Source: an uncultured Candidatus Rokubacteria bacterium (GTDB lineage: Bacteria; Methylomirabilota; Methylomirabilia; Rokubacteriales; DASRDR01). Taken from it: DNA of 64,000 bases. Of the stretch, positions 29,156 to 41,088 are shown piece by piece. The notes beneath the pieces are model-generated. The model had not been told where the DNA came from. It was given only the letters and a program-made list of their open reading frames with translations, and did not search any database. A program made the position numbers and the translations under genes. The stretch is taken from contig CAWGVS010000002.1 in the NCBI GenBank assembly GCA_963826115.1, positions 64,001 through 128,000 on the forward strand, written 5' to 3'. How positions within the stretch are numbered: the stretch's first letter is position 1; each line of letters begins with the position of its first letter.

Positions 29156-29377
29156 ATGCGCTACGTCTACCTGGTGGTGATCCTGCTCCTGACGGCCGCC
29201 GTGCTCGTCTTCACGTTCCAGAACCTCGCGTCGGTGACCGTCGCGTTCTGGAACATCCGCGCCACCCTGCCGATCGCGCTGCTCGTCCTCACCGTGTACG
29301 TCTTCGGCATGCTCACGGGCGGGGCGCTGTGGGGACTGGTTCGCGCGTCGTACCGCGGGGCATTCGACCGCCGATAG
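29156..29377 (+). CDS. LapA/DUF1049-family small membrane protein
   Basis: Two TM helices with FTFQN..VTVAFW..LP motif; GGAGG SD. Confidence 0.8.
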   Translation: MRYVYLVVILLLTAAVLVFTFQNLASVTVAFWNIRATLPIALLVLTVYVFGMLTGGALWGLVRASYRGAFDRR

Positions 29378-29466
29378 CCGCCCTCGGCGGCGTCCGCCCC
29401 CACCGGCTCCGACGTCACGGCTCGCAGCTTGGCAGTCCGCGGACGAGGGCTTATGCTCGAATCGTA

Positions 29467-30327
29467 GTGACACGACCGGCCATCCTGATCTCCGTCCTGA
29501 CGCTGGCGCTCCTCGTCGCGCCTGTGCTCGCGTCGGCCGGACCGGCCACGCCGAACCCGATGTGCCCGCACCTCGACACCTGGAACCCGAAAGGCATCAA
29601 GGGCCCGAACAAGGTCGACATGCTGATCGTGAAGTTCCCCGCGGGGAGCGCGTCCCAGCGCGGGGGCTCCTGCTCCGTCCTGGTCGACGCCTCCTACGAG
29701 CGAGAGCGCGAGCGGTCGTACTCGTTCATGTCCGCCGGCCAGTTCCTGGTCAACGAGCGGTTCAGCCGGTCGTCGGACCGCGACTCGGCCGTCTCGGGGA
29801 CGCGCGCGTTCTTCCTCTTCCCGCGCCCGCGGTGGTTGAAGCTCGAGCCGCAGGCGCGCGGCGGCGTGGTCACGGTCCGTCTGGACCCCGTGCGCGTGGT
29901 CGAGGTCGGCCGGTCGGGGTACATCAGCCGCATGACCGGCGCGGTCCTCGAGGAGGCGCCGGCGATCACGGCGCTGACCCAGGGCGGCGTCGTCTTCAAG
30001 CGCTTCGAGGGCGTGGTGCTGGACGCGGGCTGGGGGCGCGGGGAGGTGGCCTTCCGGAAGTTCCCGGACGCGGAGTCCACCTTCACGGACCGGGGCGGGC
30101 GCACCTGCAGCGCGCCCAACCGGGAGGTCTTCAGCTACGAGGACCGGCTCCATCCCGTGCTGGCGCACGGGAGCGACGCCGAGCTCGCGCGGTTCCTGAC
30201 GGCGCGCTGCGGACCGGAGTTCGACGTCGCGCCGCTCCGCGCGGGCCCGCGGCGGGCCGACATCTCGGTCCTCGAGCCGCCGAGCACGGTCCCGCCCCCG
30301 CCCCGGCGGCCCCAGCCGCCCCGCTAA
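29467..30327 (+). CDS. Hypothetical secreted protein
   Basis: Signal peptide (ILISVLTLALLVAPVLASA), typical GC3-biased codons, four Cys, Pro-rich tail. Confidence 0.75.
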   Translation: MTRPAILISVLTLALLVAPVLASAGPATPNPMCPHLDTWNPKGIKGPNKVDMLIVKFPAGSASQRGGSCSVLVDASYERERERSYSFMSAGQFLVNERFSRSSDRDSAVSGTRAFFLFPRPRWLKLEPQARGGVVTVRLDPVRVVEVGRSGYISRMTGAVLEEAPAITALTQGGVVFKRFEGVVLDAGWGRGEVAFRKFPDAESTFTDRGGRTCSAPNREVFSYEDRLHPVLAHGSDAELARFLTARCGPEFDVAPLRAGPRRADISVLEPPSTVPPPPRRPQPPR

Positions 30328-30329
30328 GC

Positions 30330-31904
30330 TCAGGCGCGCGCCGGCCGGAGCGCGCGGCCCGGCAGGGCCGGCGTCCGCTGACCGTCGAGCAGCACGGGCT
30401 CCCCGTTCACGAGGACGTGGTCCACACCGGCCGCGGGCTGGCGCCCGTCGGCGTAGGTCGCGCGGTCGCCCACCCGGTCGGCGTCGAAGACCAGGAGATC
30501 GGCCGCCATCCCGGGCCGGATCAGGCCGCGGTCGGCGAGCCCGAGCCGCCGCGCCGGGTGGGCCGCCAGGTGCTGGACGGCCTCCTCGAGGGTCCAGGTG
30601 CGCGCCTCCCGCACGTAGTGGCCGAGGTAGCGTCCGAAGCAGCCCCAGCCGCGCGGGTGGGGCCGGCCCCCCGCGAAGATGCCGTCGCTCCCGCCCATCA
30701 TCGCCGGGTGGCGCATCAGCGCCGTCACGTCGGCCTCGGCCCGCTGCTGGTGGGCCACGACGCATCCGACGGCCAGCGACGAGGCGACGAGCACGTCGCA
30801 GACGAAGTCGACGATGGCCTCCGGACCGCCCCGGCCGGCCGCGCGGCGCGCGGCCTCGGCGAGCGTCAGACCCTCGTAGGCCCGGTAGGCCGGCGCCTCG
30901 ACGTAGCTCAGGCGCACGTCGTCGAGTGGGCCGCGGGGCCCGGCGAATCCCTCCGCCCGCAGCCGGGCGCGGACCGCGGGATCGGCGAGCCGGGCGAGCG
31001 TCGCGTCGGCCCCGCCCTCCTGGACCCAGGGCGGCAGCGCGATCATCCCGAGGATCGTCGAGCCGGCGAGATAGCCGTACAGATCGAAGGCCACGTCGAG
31101 CCCGCTCGCGCGCGCCCGGTCCAGGTGGGGGAGCACCAGGTCGGCCTGGCTGTTGAAGTGCGAGATGAGGGCGGCGATGCCGGCCTCCCGCGCGATCTGG
31201 AACACCTCGTCCATCGCGCCGATGACGTTGCTGGGCGTGTAGCCGCGCATGTGGGTCACGTACACCCCGCCGAACGGCGCCAGCTCCCGGCAGAGCTCGG
31301 CGAGCTCCGCCGTCTGCGCGTAGCGGCTCGGGATGTAGTCGAGCCCGCTCGACAGGCCGACCGCGCCCTCCTCCATCGCCTGGCGGACGATACCGCGCAT
31401 GCGCGCGAGCTCGTCCCGGCTCGGCGGGCGGGTCTCGAGGCCCATGACGTCCATGCGAACGTTCCCGTTGGGGATCAGGCACGCGACGTTCACCGCCGCG
31501 CGGCGGTCGAAGCGCGCGAGGTACTCCGCCATCGTCGACCAGGTGCCCGGCACCTCGAACCGCCCGCTGAAGCCCGCGGTGTAGCGCCGCATGTACGCGA
31601 GGGTCGCGGGGGAGGCCGGCGCCATCGCGACGCCGTCCTGACCCAGGAGATATGTCGTCACGCCCTGCCGGATGGCGGCCTCGTGGAGCGGGTCCGCGAG
31701 CAACGCCAGGTCGGCGTGGACGTGCGTGTCGACGAAGCCCGGCGCGACCACGCGGTCGCGGACGTCGAGCCGCCGCCGCGCCTCGGCCGCGCCGAGCGCG
31801 CCGACGGCCGCGATCCGATCGCCCCGGATGCCCACGTCCGCGCGAAACCACGGGCTGCCGGTGCCGTCCACCACGCGCCCGCCTGCCAGCACGAGATCGA
31901 ACAT
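30330..31904 (-). CDS. N-acyl-D-amino-acid deacylase (D-aminoacylase)
   Basis: GGRVVDGTG, APGFVDTHVHAD, GAVGLSSGLDY, YVTHMR, HPRGWGCF. Confidence 0.92.
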   Translation of the reverse strand: MFDLVLAGGRVVDGTGSPWFRADVGIRGDRIAAVGALGAAEARRRLDVRDRVVAPGFVDTHVHADLALLADPLHEAAIRQGVTTYLLGQDGVAMAPASPATLAYMRRYTAGFSGRFEVPGTWSTMAEYLARFDRRAAVNVACLIPNGNVRMDVMGLETRPPSRDELARMRGIVRQAMEEGAVGLSSGLDYIPSRYAQTAELAELCRELAPFGGVYVTHMRGYTPSNVIGAMDEVFQIAREAGIAALISHFNSQADLVLPHLDRARASGLDVAFDLYGYLAGSTILGMIALPPWVQEGGADATLARLADPAVRARLRAEGFAGPRGPLDDVRLSYVEAPAYRAYEGLTLAEAARRAAGRGGPEAIVDFVCDVLVASSLAVGCVVAHQQRAEADVTALMRHPAMMGGSDGIFAGGRPHPRGWGCFGRYLGHYVREARTWTLEEAVQHLAAHPARRLGLADRGLIRPGMAADLLVFDADRVGDRATYADGRQPAAGVDHVLVNGEPVLLDGQRTPALPGRALRPARA

Positions 31905-31916
31905 TGGCGCTCCTCG

Positions 31917-33545
<1,629 letters not shown>

Positions 33546-33787
33546 TGAGACCCTCCCGGTGCCTGTCCCGACCCGTCCGGGCCGGCGCCCTAAGAGGATA
33601 AACGATCCCCGGGCAAGGGCCCGGGCCTCCCTGCGGGTCGGCCCCCCTCTCGTGGGCGCCCGTGGTAGCATGTGGGCCGGCCGGCGGGGGGGTCCGTCCC
33701 GAGGCAGCGTTGCCGGGGACAGACGATGGCGTCCGGTTCGCATTGCCCGCTGGCCCCGGGCGGCGGGCCCTGAGAAGGAGGTCACCA

Positions 33788-34768
33788 ATGCGTCGTGGGA
33801 AATGGGGCGGACCTGTCGCACTCGTCGCGATCTTCCTGGTCCTGGCGGCCGCGGGCTGCGCGACGGCGCCGCCGGTCAAGCCAACGTCGATCGCCTCGGG
33901 GGCCGTCGGCGGCATCTACCAGCCGATCGCCGAGAGCATCGCGAAGATCGCCCGCGAGACGGCGGGGCTCGATCTCCCGCTGACGGTCGAGGCCACCGGC
34001 GCCTCGGTCGCCAACGTCGATCTCCTCAGCACCGGGAAGGTGCAGCTGGCCCTCGTCCAGAACGACATCGCCTTCTACGCGGCCGAGGGCACCACGCTCC
34101 CGGCGTTCCGGGGCAACAAGCGAAAGAACCTCCGCGCCATCCTCTCGATCTACCCCGAGTACGTCCAGGTCGTGGCGACCAAGGCATCCGGGATCACGTC
34201 GGTCGAGGGCTTCCGGGGCAAGCGCGTCGCGCTCGGCCCGGAGGGCTCCGGCACCGAGCAGAACGCGCTCCAGCTGCTCGAGGTCAGCGGGCTCAAGGTG
34301 ACCGACCTCGCGGAGGCGCAGCGCATCGACACCGCCGACGCCGTCACGAAGATGAAGGCCGGCCAGCTGGACGCGGCCTTCTTCACGGTCGGCGCGGGGT
34401 CGCCCCTCGTGCGGGACCTCCTGGCGGACGGCAACGCCCAGCTGGTCCCGGTCCCCCGCGCGCAGATCGCGCGCCTCATCGCCAAGGTCCCCTTCTACTG
34501 GCTGGACGAGATTCCCGCGGGAACCTATCCCGGACAGACGGCCGCGGTCTCGACGCCGTCCCTTCGGGTCCTCCTCCTGACCACCGACAACGCCGACGAG
34601 GCCGCGATCTACGGGCTGACGAAGGCGCTCGTCGACAACATCGCGGCGCTCCGGGCGTCCCATCCGGCGGCGAGCGGGCTGACCGTCGACACCATGCTCC
34701 GCGTCGTCACGGTGCCCCTCCACCCGGGTGCTCTCCGGCTCTACCGCGAGCGCAACATCCAGCAGTAG
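33788..34768 (+). CDS. TAXI-family TRAP solute-binding lipoprotein
   Basis: Lipobox AAGC; [43 protein letters not shown]; AAGGAGG SD. Confidence 0.92.
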   Translation: MRRGKWGGPVALVAIFLVLAAAGCATAPPVKPTSIASGAVGGIYQPIAESIAKIARETAGLDLPLTVEATGASVANVDLLSTGKVQLALVQNDIAFYAAEGTTLPAFRGNKRKNLRAILSIYPEYVQVVATKASGITSVEGFRGKRVALGPEGSGTEQNALQLLEVSGLKVTDLAEAQRIDTADAVTKMKAGQLDAAFFTVGAGSPLVRDLLADGNAQLVPVPRAQIARLIAKVPFYWLDEIPAGTYPGQTAAVSTPSLRVLLLTTDNADEAAIYGLTKALVDNIAALRASHPAASGLTVDTMLRVVTVPLHPGALRLYRERNIQQ

Positions 34769-35221
34769 ACGTGTCCTCGGGGCCGCGCTCCTCGCCGCCG
34801 GCTGCGCCGCGGTGGGCAGCCAGGAGCACGGCCTCGTGTTGACCGTCACCGACGTCGACCGCGGACGCCTCCTCGCGCGGGAGCGCGTCGAGCCGGGCGC
34901 GCTCGTCGTCCTCACCTACGTGCACTCGACGGAGGGCCGGCCCGTGCGCGCGACGCTCCGCGTCGAGGCGGATCGGACGCTGCGCCTGGTCGAGACCGCG
35001 TACCCGAGCGTGGGACCCGGCCTGCCTCCGCTCGGGCCCCCCGGAACGTGGGCCATCGAGGGGGGCGAGATCGTGGACCGCGCCGCCCGCCCCCCCTGCC
35101 CGAGCTGCGGCTTCGAGCAGTGCCGCGGACGCAGCACCGGCTGGTGATGCCCTCCGGCCGCGCGCTCGACCTCGGCACGCTCGTCCCGGCGGGCGACGCC
35201 GTCCGCCTCGCGGTGGAGTAA
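34728..35221 (+). CDS. DUF1850-family protein, frameshifted at a C7 tract (35090-35096)
   Basis: LAAGC lipobox, LTYVHSTEGRPV, GPGLP; other frame continues LPELRLRAVPRTQHRL...VRLAVE*; typical neighbour of TAXI genes. Confidence 0.7.
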
Positions 35222-35231
35222 CCCGGGCCCG

Positions 35232-36446
35232 ATGGCCAGCCCCGACGCCAGCGCACCCGGCCCAAGCCCCCGCGGGCGAGTGCTGGTCGTGGACGACGAG
35301 GTCGCGCTGCTGGACATCCTGGGGACCATGCTGGCGGACGCCGGCTGGCAGGCGGACACCGCGCCCGGCGGACGGCAGGCCCTCGGCTTCGTCGACGCGC
35401 ACCGCTACGACGTCATCCTCTCGGACATCGACATGCCGGGCATCAACGGGGTCCAGCTTCTGCGCGAGATCCGCGCGCGCGACCTCGACGTGCCGGTGCT
35501 CCTCATCACCGGGCATCCGCGGGTGGAGACGGCCGTGGAGGCGCTCGAGCACGGCGCCCTCCGATACCTCCAGAAGCCCCTCCGGGAGCGCGATCTCCTC
35601 CAGGCGGTGGACGACGCCGCGCGGCTCCACCGCATGGCGCGGCTCAAGCGCGAGGCGCTGGCGGCGGTGGGGCTCGAGGGCCGGCTGCCCTCGGACCGAG
35701 CGGGGCTGGAGAACCGGTTCGGCCAGGCGCTCGCGTCCCTGCGTCTCGTCTTCCAGCCCATCCTCCGAGCGGCCGACGGGACCGTCTTCGGCTACGAGGC
35801 GCTGACGCGCACGAGCGAGCCGAGCCTCCCGAACCCCGGCGCCCTGTTCGAGGCCGCGGAACGGCTCGGTCGCGTGCACGAGGTCGGCGGCGTCGTGCGG
35901 GACCGCGCGGCGTCGTTCCTCTCCCGCGCGCCGTTCCTGACCCTGTTCGTGAACGTGCACGCGCAGGAGCTGACGGACGACGCACTCCTGTCGCCGGCGG
36001 CGGCGCTGTCGACTCACGCGCGCTCGGTGGTGCTCGAGCTGACCGAGCGGAGCTCGTTCGAGCACGTGCCGAACCTGCGCGCGCGGGTCTCGCTCCTCCG
36101 GCGCCTCGGCTTCCGGCTGGCGGTGGACGATCTCGGCGCGGGCTACGCGGGCCTCACGAGCTTCGCGGCCCTCAACCCCCACGTCGTCAAGCTCGACATG
36201 TCGCTCGTGCGCGGCGCCGACACCGAGCCGGTCAAGCAGCGGCTGATCGGGTCGATGGCGTCGCTCTGCAAGGAGTTCGGCATCATGGTGGTGGCCGAGG
36301 GCATCGAGACGGTCGGCGAGCGCGACACCGTCGTCGGGCTCGGCTGCGACCTCATGCAGGGCTTCCTCTTCGGCCACCCGGTCGAGGCCGAGGTCGCGCT
36401 GGCGGCGCACGAGAGCCGGCCGCCCGCCGCGGCGCCGGACCGATGA
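35232..36446 (+). CDS. Response regulator with EAL c-di-GMP phosphodiesterase domain
   Basis: VLVVDDE, SDIDMPG, YLQKP; FQPI, YEALTR, FVN, ELTE, DDLGAGYAG, KLD, VAEGIE, QGFLFG. Confidence 0.93.
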   Translation: MASPDASAPGPSPRGRVLVVDDEVALLDILGTMLADAGWQADTAPGGRQALGFVDAHRYDVILSDIDMPGINGVQLLREIRARDLDVPVLLITGHPRVETAVEALEHGALRYLQKPLRERDLLQAVDDAARLHRMARLKREALAAVGLEGRLPSDRAGLENRFGQALASLRLVFQPILRAADGTVFGYEALTRTSEPSLPNPGALFEAAERLGRVHEVGGVVRDRAASFLSRAPFLTLFVNVHAQELTDDALLSPAAALSTHARSVVLELTERSSFEHVPNLRARVSLLRRLGFRLAVDDLGAGYAGLTSFAALNPHVVKLDMSLVRGADTEPVKQRLIGSMASLCKEFGIMVVAEGIETVGERDTVVGLGCDLMQGFLFGHPVEAEVALAAHESRPPAAAPDR

Positions 36447-36817
36447 CCTACCGATCGCCCGCGCGACTCCCGGCCGCGTCCCGGCTGTCGCACCAGGCTC
36501 ATCCGGCGACCTCGGGCTGACGCTCGGGGTCGGAGGGCGATGTCGGTGCGCTACCTAGTGGCCGATCTCCCTGACATCGCGGCCATCCCAAGCCCACCTG
36601 GGTGATTGCCGAGCTCGCCGCCTTCGAATGACGTGGGTCGTCCGGCGCGCCGCGCGTCGACCGCCTTGGCGGGCGATCTTCCCGGTCCAGCACGTCGGCG
36701 CCGAGTACCCCGGCGCATCCGGCGCCTATCTCGTCTTCCAGTTCGCGGTGGCCGCCGCCGAGCGGATGTGGGCGGTTCCCGCGCCGTCTCGGCCCGTCTC
36801 GGCGCGGCGGGATGGCG

Positions 36818-38509
36818 TCAGCCGCCGGGCGGTGCCGGCGGGGGAATCCGCTCCTTGACGAAGAGGAGCGGAACACCCTGACGGGCCACGACATGGACCA
36901 CCCGGCCCTGGAACCGCTGGTCGCACGCCCACCTCGTGGTCGCGATGAAGATGTCCGGTCGGTCGTCGATCGGCCGGAAGGCGTAGCTCCCCACGTACTC
37001 GAACCGGTCCGGGGGCAGGTAGTACTCCACCGAGAGCGGCGGCGAGCAGCTGCCCACGCGGAGGCGCGTCATCCCCGGCGCCTCCCGGTAGTGTCGCGCC
37101 ACCCACTCCGTGCCTTCCCGGTAGCTATTGCCCCAGTAGTCCGTCTCGTAGCGCCCGGCGGCCTCCGACAGGCCCCCTGCGATCGCGCGGTTGAAGAACA
37201 CGGTCTCGTAGGGATGGAGCTGGACCATGTCGCGCAGGGTCACGAGGAGGGATAGGGCTCCTCCGACGGCCACGACCAGGCACAGGAGGCGGTGGCGCCG
37301 GTCGGCGAGGAGGGCATCGAACGCGCACCCGCAGAGACTGGCGAGCAAGGGGATCGTGAACAGCGCGTGCCGGAGGCCGTCGTAGACCACGGTGCCGCGG
37401 GTGGCGGCGTACGCGTAGGGCCCGAACGCCGCGGCGCCGACGAGCGCGAGGCCGATCACTCGCGGGTTTCCGAGGGCGCTCCGGCCGGCCCTCACCAGCG
37501 CCGGCGCCGCGAGGACGGCGCCCCCCGCAAGCGCCAGGAAGTACACCTCGGGGAGCGTGAGGGCCGCCCACTTGGCGAGGTAGTAGGGGGGAAGCTGGGC
37601 CGCGGGCACGAAGCGGCCCTCGAACAGCACCGGATACGTCCAGGGGAAGCGCTCGGCGATTCCCAGTGCCTCCAACGGATGGCGCAGCGGGCGCACCTGG
37701 GCGGCCGGCCAGACGATCAGCATCACGACGTAGGCGATGGCCGCGATCGCCAGCCAGGTCACGCCGAGGTGGCCGAGCTCCGCCGCGAGATGCCGGACCC
37801 CTTGGTCTCGCCGGGTTCGGCCGGCGCGATCCACGATCCCGAGCAGGCCGGCCAGCCCGAGCAGGGCCAGGAGGAACACCCCGGCGATGCGAATCGCGAG
37901 CGTGGCGCCGATCATCAGGCCCAGCGGGAGCACCTGCCTGAACGACAGCCGCGGCAAGCGTGGGACCGCGGCGACAACGGCGCCGAGCGCCCACACGACC
38001 CCGAGTGCGAACGGCACGTCCTTGGGATTGTTGAACGCGTGACCGAAGAAGACCGGCGTCGCGATCAGGATGAGGCTGGCCCAGAACGCCGCCCGCGCGC
38101 TCCAGAGCCGGGTCGTCAGGCGCTGGACCCCGATGACGGTCGCGACGCCGCACAGCCCGGAGAGCAGGTGGCGCGTCTCGAACGCGCCGACGGGGGACAC
38201 GCGCGCGAGACCCTGGGCCACGACGTCGAAGAGGCCACCCAGGTATGAGTACAGTCCTTGATGCAGGGCACGCGGGTCGGTCAGTCCGCTCCCGTACCAG
38301 GCGAGGATGGCGTCCCCGTAGCCGGCGTGCCCGCGCTCGTCCCAGGTGATGCCGGCGTCGTTGTAGAGGATCAGGGTGGCCACGGTGTACGCGGCGATGA
38401 GGAGCCAGTTCGCGAGCGCCCACGGGGCCGGGCGTGGTGGCGCGGGCCCGTCCGACCCCGGGCGTGCCTCCGCCGGTGGCCGGGCCCCGTCGCCCTGGCC
38501 TTGTGTCAC
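36818..38509 (-). CDS. GT-C glycosyltransferase (family 39, ArnT/PMT-like)
   Basis: GITWDE, FFGHAFNNPKDVPFA, YDGLRH, YETDYWG; many TM; GTG start overlaps upstream stop. Confidence 0.85.
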   Translation of the reverse strand: MTQGQGDGARPPAEARPGSDGPAPPRPAPWALANWLLIAAYTVATLILYNDAGITWDERGHAGYGDAILAWYGSGLTDPRALHQGLYSYLGGLFDVVAQGLARVSPVGAFETRHLLSGLCGVATVIGVQRLTTRLWSARAAFWASLILIATPVFFGHAFNNPKDVPFALGVVWALGAVVAAVPRLPRLSFRQVLPLGLMIGATLAIRIAGVFLLALLGLAGLLGIVDRAGRTRRDQGVRHLAAELGHLGVTWLAIAAIAYVVMLIVWPAAQVRPLRHPLEALGIAERFPWTYPVLFEGRFVPAAQLPPYYLAKWAALTLPEVYFLALAGGAVLAAPALVRAGRSALGNPRVIGLALVGAAAFGPYAYAATRGTVVYDGLRHALFTIPLLASLCGCAFDALLADRRHRLLCLVVAVGGALSLLVTLRDMVQLHPYETVFFNRAIAGGLSEAAGRYETDYWGNSYREGTEWVARHYREAPGMTRLRVGSCSPPLSVEYYLPPDRFEYVGSYAFRPIDDRPDIFIATTRWACDQRFQGRVVHVVARQGVPLLFVKERIPPPAPPGG

Positions 38510-39300
38510 GCCTGCCGAGCTCCCGCGCGGTCCGGTGCGCCGTTGCGCGCGACCAGGACGGCCGCGCCGAAGCGCGCGAGCGTCCCGTAGCACGGCAGGG
38601 CGAGGACGGTCACCCGGCCCGGCGGGACGGGCGCTGCTCCGGCCAGGGCCTGGAGGGTCTCCTTCGGCAGCGACAGTCGCGCGAGCACGACGGCGACCCG
38701 GCATCCTGTCCTGACCTCGTTCCGCAGCGGCACCGGCGGATCCGTCGCGGCACGCAGAATGAGGGCGGCCGGCAGGAGCGTCAGGATGGACGTGTGGAGC
38801 CAGGCGAACGGGTTCAGCAGCGCCCCGAGGATGCTCCAGAGCGCGAAGAGCGCGCCCTCGAGAGCCTGGCTCGTCCGGGCCGGCAGGCGCCAGATCAGAA
38901 CGAGGGCCGCGCCGATCCGGCCGGAGATGAGGCGCGCCGTCATGGGCACGTCGACGAGCGGCTCCGCGCGCCGGCCGGCGGAGACGAGCCGCGTCACCAG
39001 ACCCGTGACGGAGACGCCGTTCTCGAGGCGGTCCTCCCAGAACGCGATGTTCGCGGGCGCCCGAGAGAGGAATGCGCGCCACGGGTCGGTCCCGATGACC
39101 GCCACCCACCCGAAGGCCAGCGCGCCGACCGTCACGACGAGCGCGACAGCCGCGCGCGGGCGGCGGAGCGCCGAATACGGGAACACCGCCGGCGGCGTGA
39201 GCTTGAACGTCGAGGCGAGACCGATGAGGGTAGTCGACATGAAACCCCTGCTCGGTCAGGTCCCCATGGGAGCTGGCGGACAACGCTCGCCCTGCGTGAG
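38506..39300 (-). pseudogene. 5'-truncated/degraded GT87 (DUF2029) glycosyltransferase
   Basis: IGLASTFKLTP and LLNPFAWLH resemble GT87 motifs; N-terminal half absent, sequence stops near the IS left end. Confidence 0.6.
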
Positions 39301-39341
39301 GGCCGCACGCGACCCCAATCCTGCGCCGGCGGCGCGGAGGG

Positions 39342-40681
39342 TGTCAAGAACGCGATCGCCCTCAAAACAAGTGCTACCCAAACGAAAGGGGTTGCCTCAA
39401 AACCGGTGTTACCAAGTCACTCACCGGAAAGGGGCCCCTGTGACCGAGCCAGCGCGCCGAGAATACGCCGCGGTGATGCGCGCCCGCTATCAGCACGCCA
39501 ATCGGCGGGAGCGTGGCCGACTGCTCGACGAGTACTGCCGCACCACCGGCTGTCACCGCAAGGCGGCCATCCGGCGACTGCGGCGCCGGCCTGGCCCACG
39601 CGGCCAGGCTCCGGGACGCCCCGTCCAGTACGTGCCGCGCGACTTGGCCGCGGTCCTCGAGCGGGCCTGGCTGGCCAGCGATCAGCTCTCCGGCAAGCTG
39701 CTGCGCCCCATCCTCCCCACGTTGCTGACAGCCCTGGCCACGCGGCATGGCCTGCCCATCGCCCCGACGGTTCAGGCTGCGCTCACCCGCGCCAGTGCGG
39801 CCACCCTGGACCGGCTGCTGCGGCCGCTGCGGCGGCGCCGCCCGCGCCAGCCCCGGCGGCGCGCCCCAGCCCTCACCGCGCTGCGCGCCCAGGTGCCGCG
39901 TCGCACCTGGAGCGAGTGGACCGGCGTCGCCCCGGGCGCACTGCAAGGCGATCTGGTCCTGCATTGCGGGGAGTCGACCGCCGGCCGATACTGCGCGACG
40001 CTGGTCGCCGTCGACGTGGCCACCAGTTGGACCGAACTGCAGGCCCTCTGGGATCTGCACCACCAGCGGGTCACCGGCGCCATCCAGCACGTCCACGCAC
40101 GTCTGCCGTTCTCGCTGCGCGAGTGGCACAGCGACAATGGCAGTGAGTTCATCAACGCCGCCTTGCTCGGCTGGTGCCGGCGCCACGGGGTCCGCTTCAC
40201 CCGCGGGCGGCCCTACCGAAAGAACGACCAGGCGTGGGTCGAACAGCGCAACGGCCTGCTCGTGCGCCGCCTCGTCGGCTACGACCGCTATAGCTCCCGG
40301 GCCGCCTGGGCCCTCTTGCAGCGCCTCTACGGCCTGCTCCGGCTCCAGCCCAACTTCTTCCGCCCAATGCGCAAGCTGCTCAGCAAGCGCCGGCTCGGGA
40401 GTAAGGTCCTCAAGCGCTACGATGCCGCACAGACCCCCGACCAGCGGGTCCTCGCCGCAGGCGGACTCACCCCTGAACAGCGACAGGCCCTGGCCGCCCA
40501 GTTTCACGCCCTCGACCCCATCACCTTGGCCCGGGACATTCAGCGAACCCTGGACCAGCTCTGGCCGCTCGCCGATACTCGATCTCCTCGGCAGGAGACC
40601 GCCCATGGGTAACACCCTTTTGAGGCACCGCCCCCACCGCTCGGTAACACCTACTTCTGAGGCATCACGGGATGCACGACG
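39342..40681 (+). mobile_element. Insertion sequence (DDE/rve, ISNCY-type) with two repeated transposase-binding-like motifs at each end
   Basis: Left GCCTCAAAA..GTG(C/T)TACC at 39358-39379 and 39393-39413; inverted copies GGTAACAC..TGAGGCA at 40608-40627 and 40643-40664; left tip TGTCAAG; exact ends uncertain. Confidence 0.8.
39440..40612 (+). CDS. DDE integrase-core transposase
   Basis: QGDLVLHCG, HSDNGSEFIN, FTRGRPYRKNDQAWVEQRN; lower GC than flanks. Confidence 0.92.
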   Translation: MTEPARREYAAVMRARYQHANRRERGRLLDEYCRTTGCHRKAAIRRLRRRPGPRGQAPGRPVQYVPRDLAAVLERAWLASDQLSGKLLRPILPTLLTALATRHGLPIAPTVQAALTRASAATLDRLLRPLRRRRPRQPRRRAPALTALRAQVPRRTWSEWTGVAPGALQGDLVLHCGESTAGRYCATLVAVDVATSWTELQALWDLHHQRVTGAIQHVHARLPFSLREWHSDNGSEFINAALLGWCRRHGVRFTRGRPYRKNDQAWVEQRNGLLVRRLVGYDRYSSRAAWALLQRLYGLLRLQPNFFRPMRKLLSKRRLGSKVLKRYDAAQTPDQRVLAAGGLTPEQRQALAAQFHALDPITLARDIQRTLDQLWPLADTRSPRQETAHG

Positions 40682-40739
40682 TGGGATCCGCAGCGTTCAG
40701 GACTTCGGCGTCGTCTGGTGAGGGCGTGGGGAAGCACGG

Positions 40740-40950
40740 GGCAAACCGTCTCCAGGTCAAGCAAGGGCACTCCGAAGCGCCGGCAGAACACGCCGAAGGC
40801 GGCGTCGACGGCCGCGATACGGAGGTCGCACCAGAGGGCAGTTCAAGGCCGCCAGCCACCGCGTGGCCCTCCACTGCGGCGAGCCCGGGCTTGCTCAGGA
40901 GCAGGCGAGTCGGGCCGAGGGGCGCCAGCGCGTCCTCACCCGAGTCGAGG
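40740..40950 (-). pseudogene. Enoyl-CoA hydratase/crotonase fragment
   Basis: PLGPTRLLLSKPGLAAVEGHAVAGGLEL then, after a frameshift, ALWCDLRIAAVDAAFGVFCRRFGVPLLD. Confidence 0.8.
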
Positions 40951-41088
40951 GCATCAGGGGTCTCTCCGGGCGGGTTTCCATTCTGATTGCCATTCGACGG
41001 CGAAAACGGGGAAGAAAGGGGGCACACGAAGGTGTCCGTGGAGGTCGGCAAGCCAAGGCCGAATCGCGTGAAATCCTCGGAAGATCGG

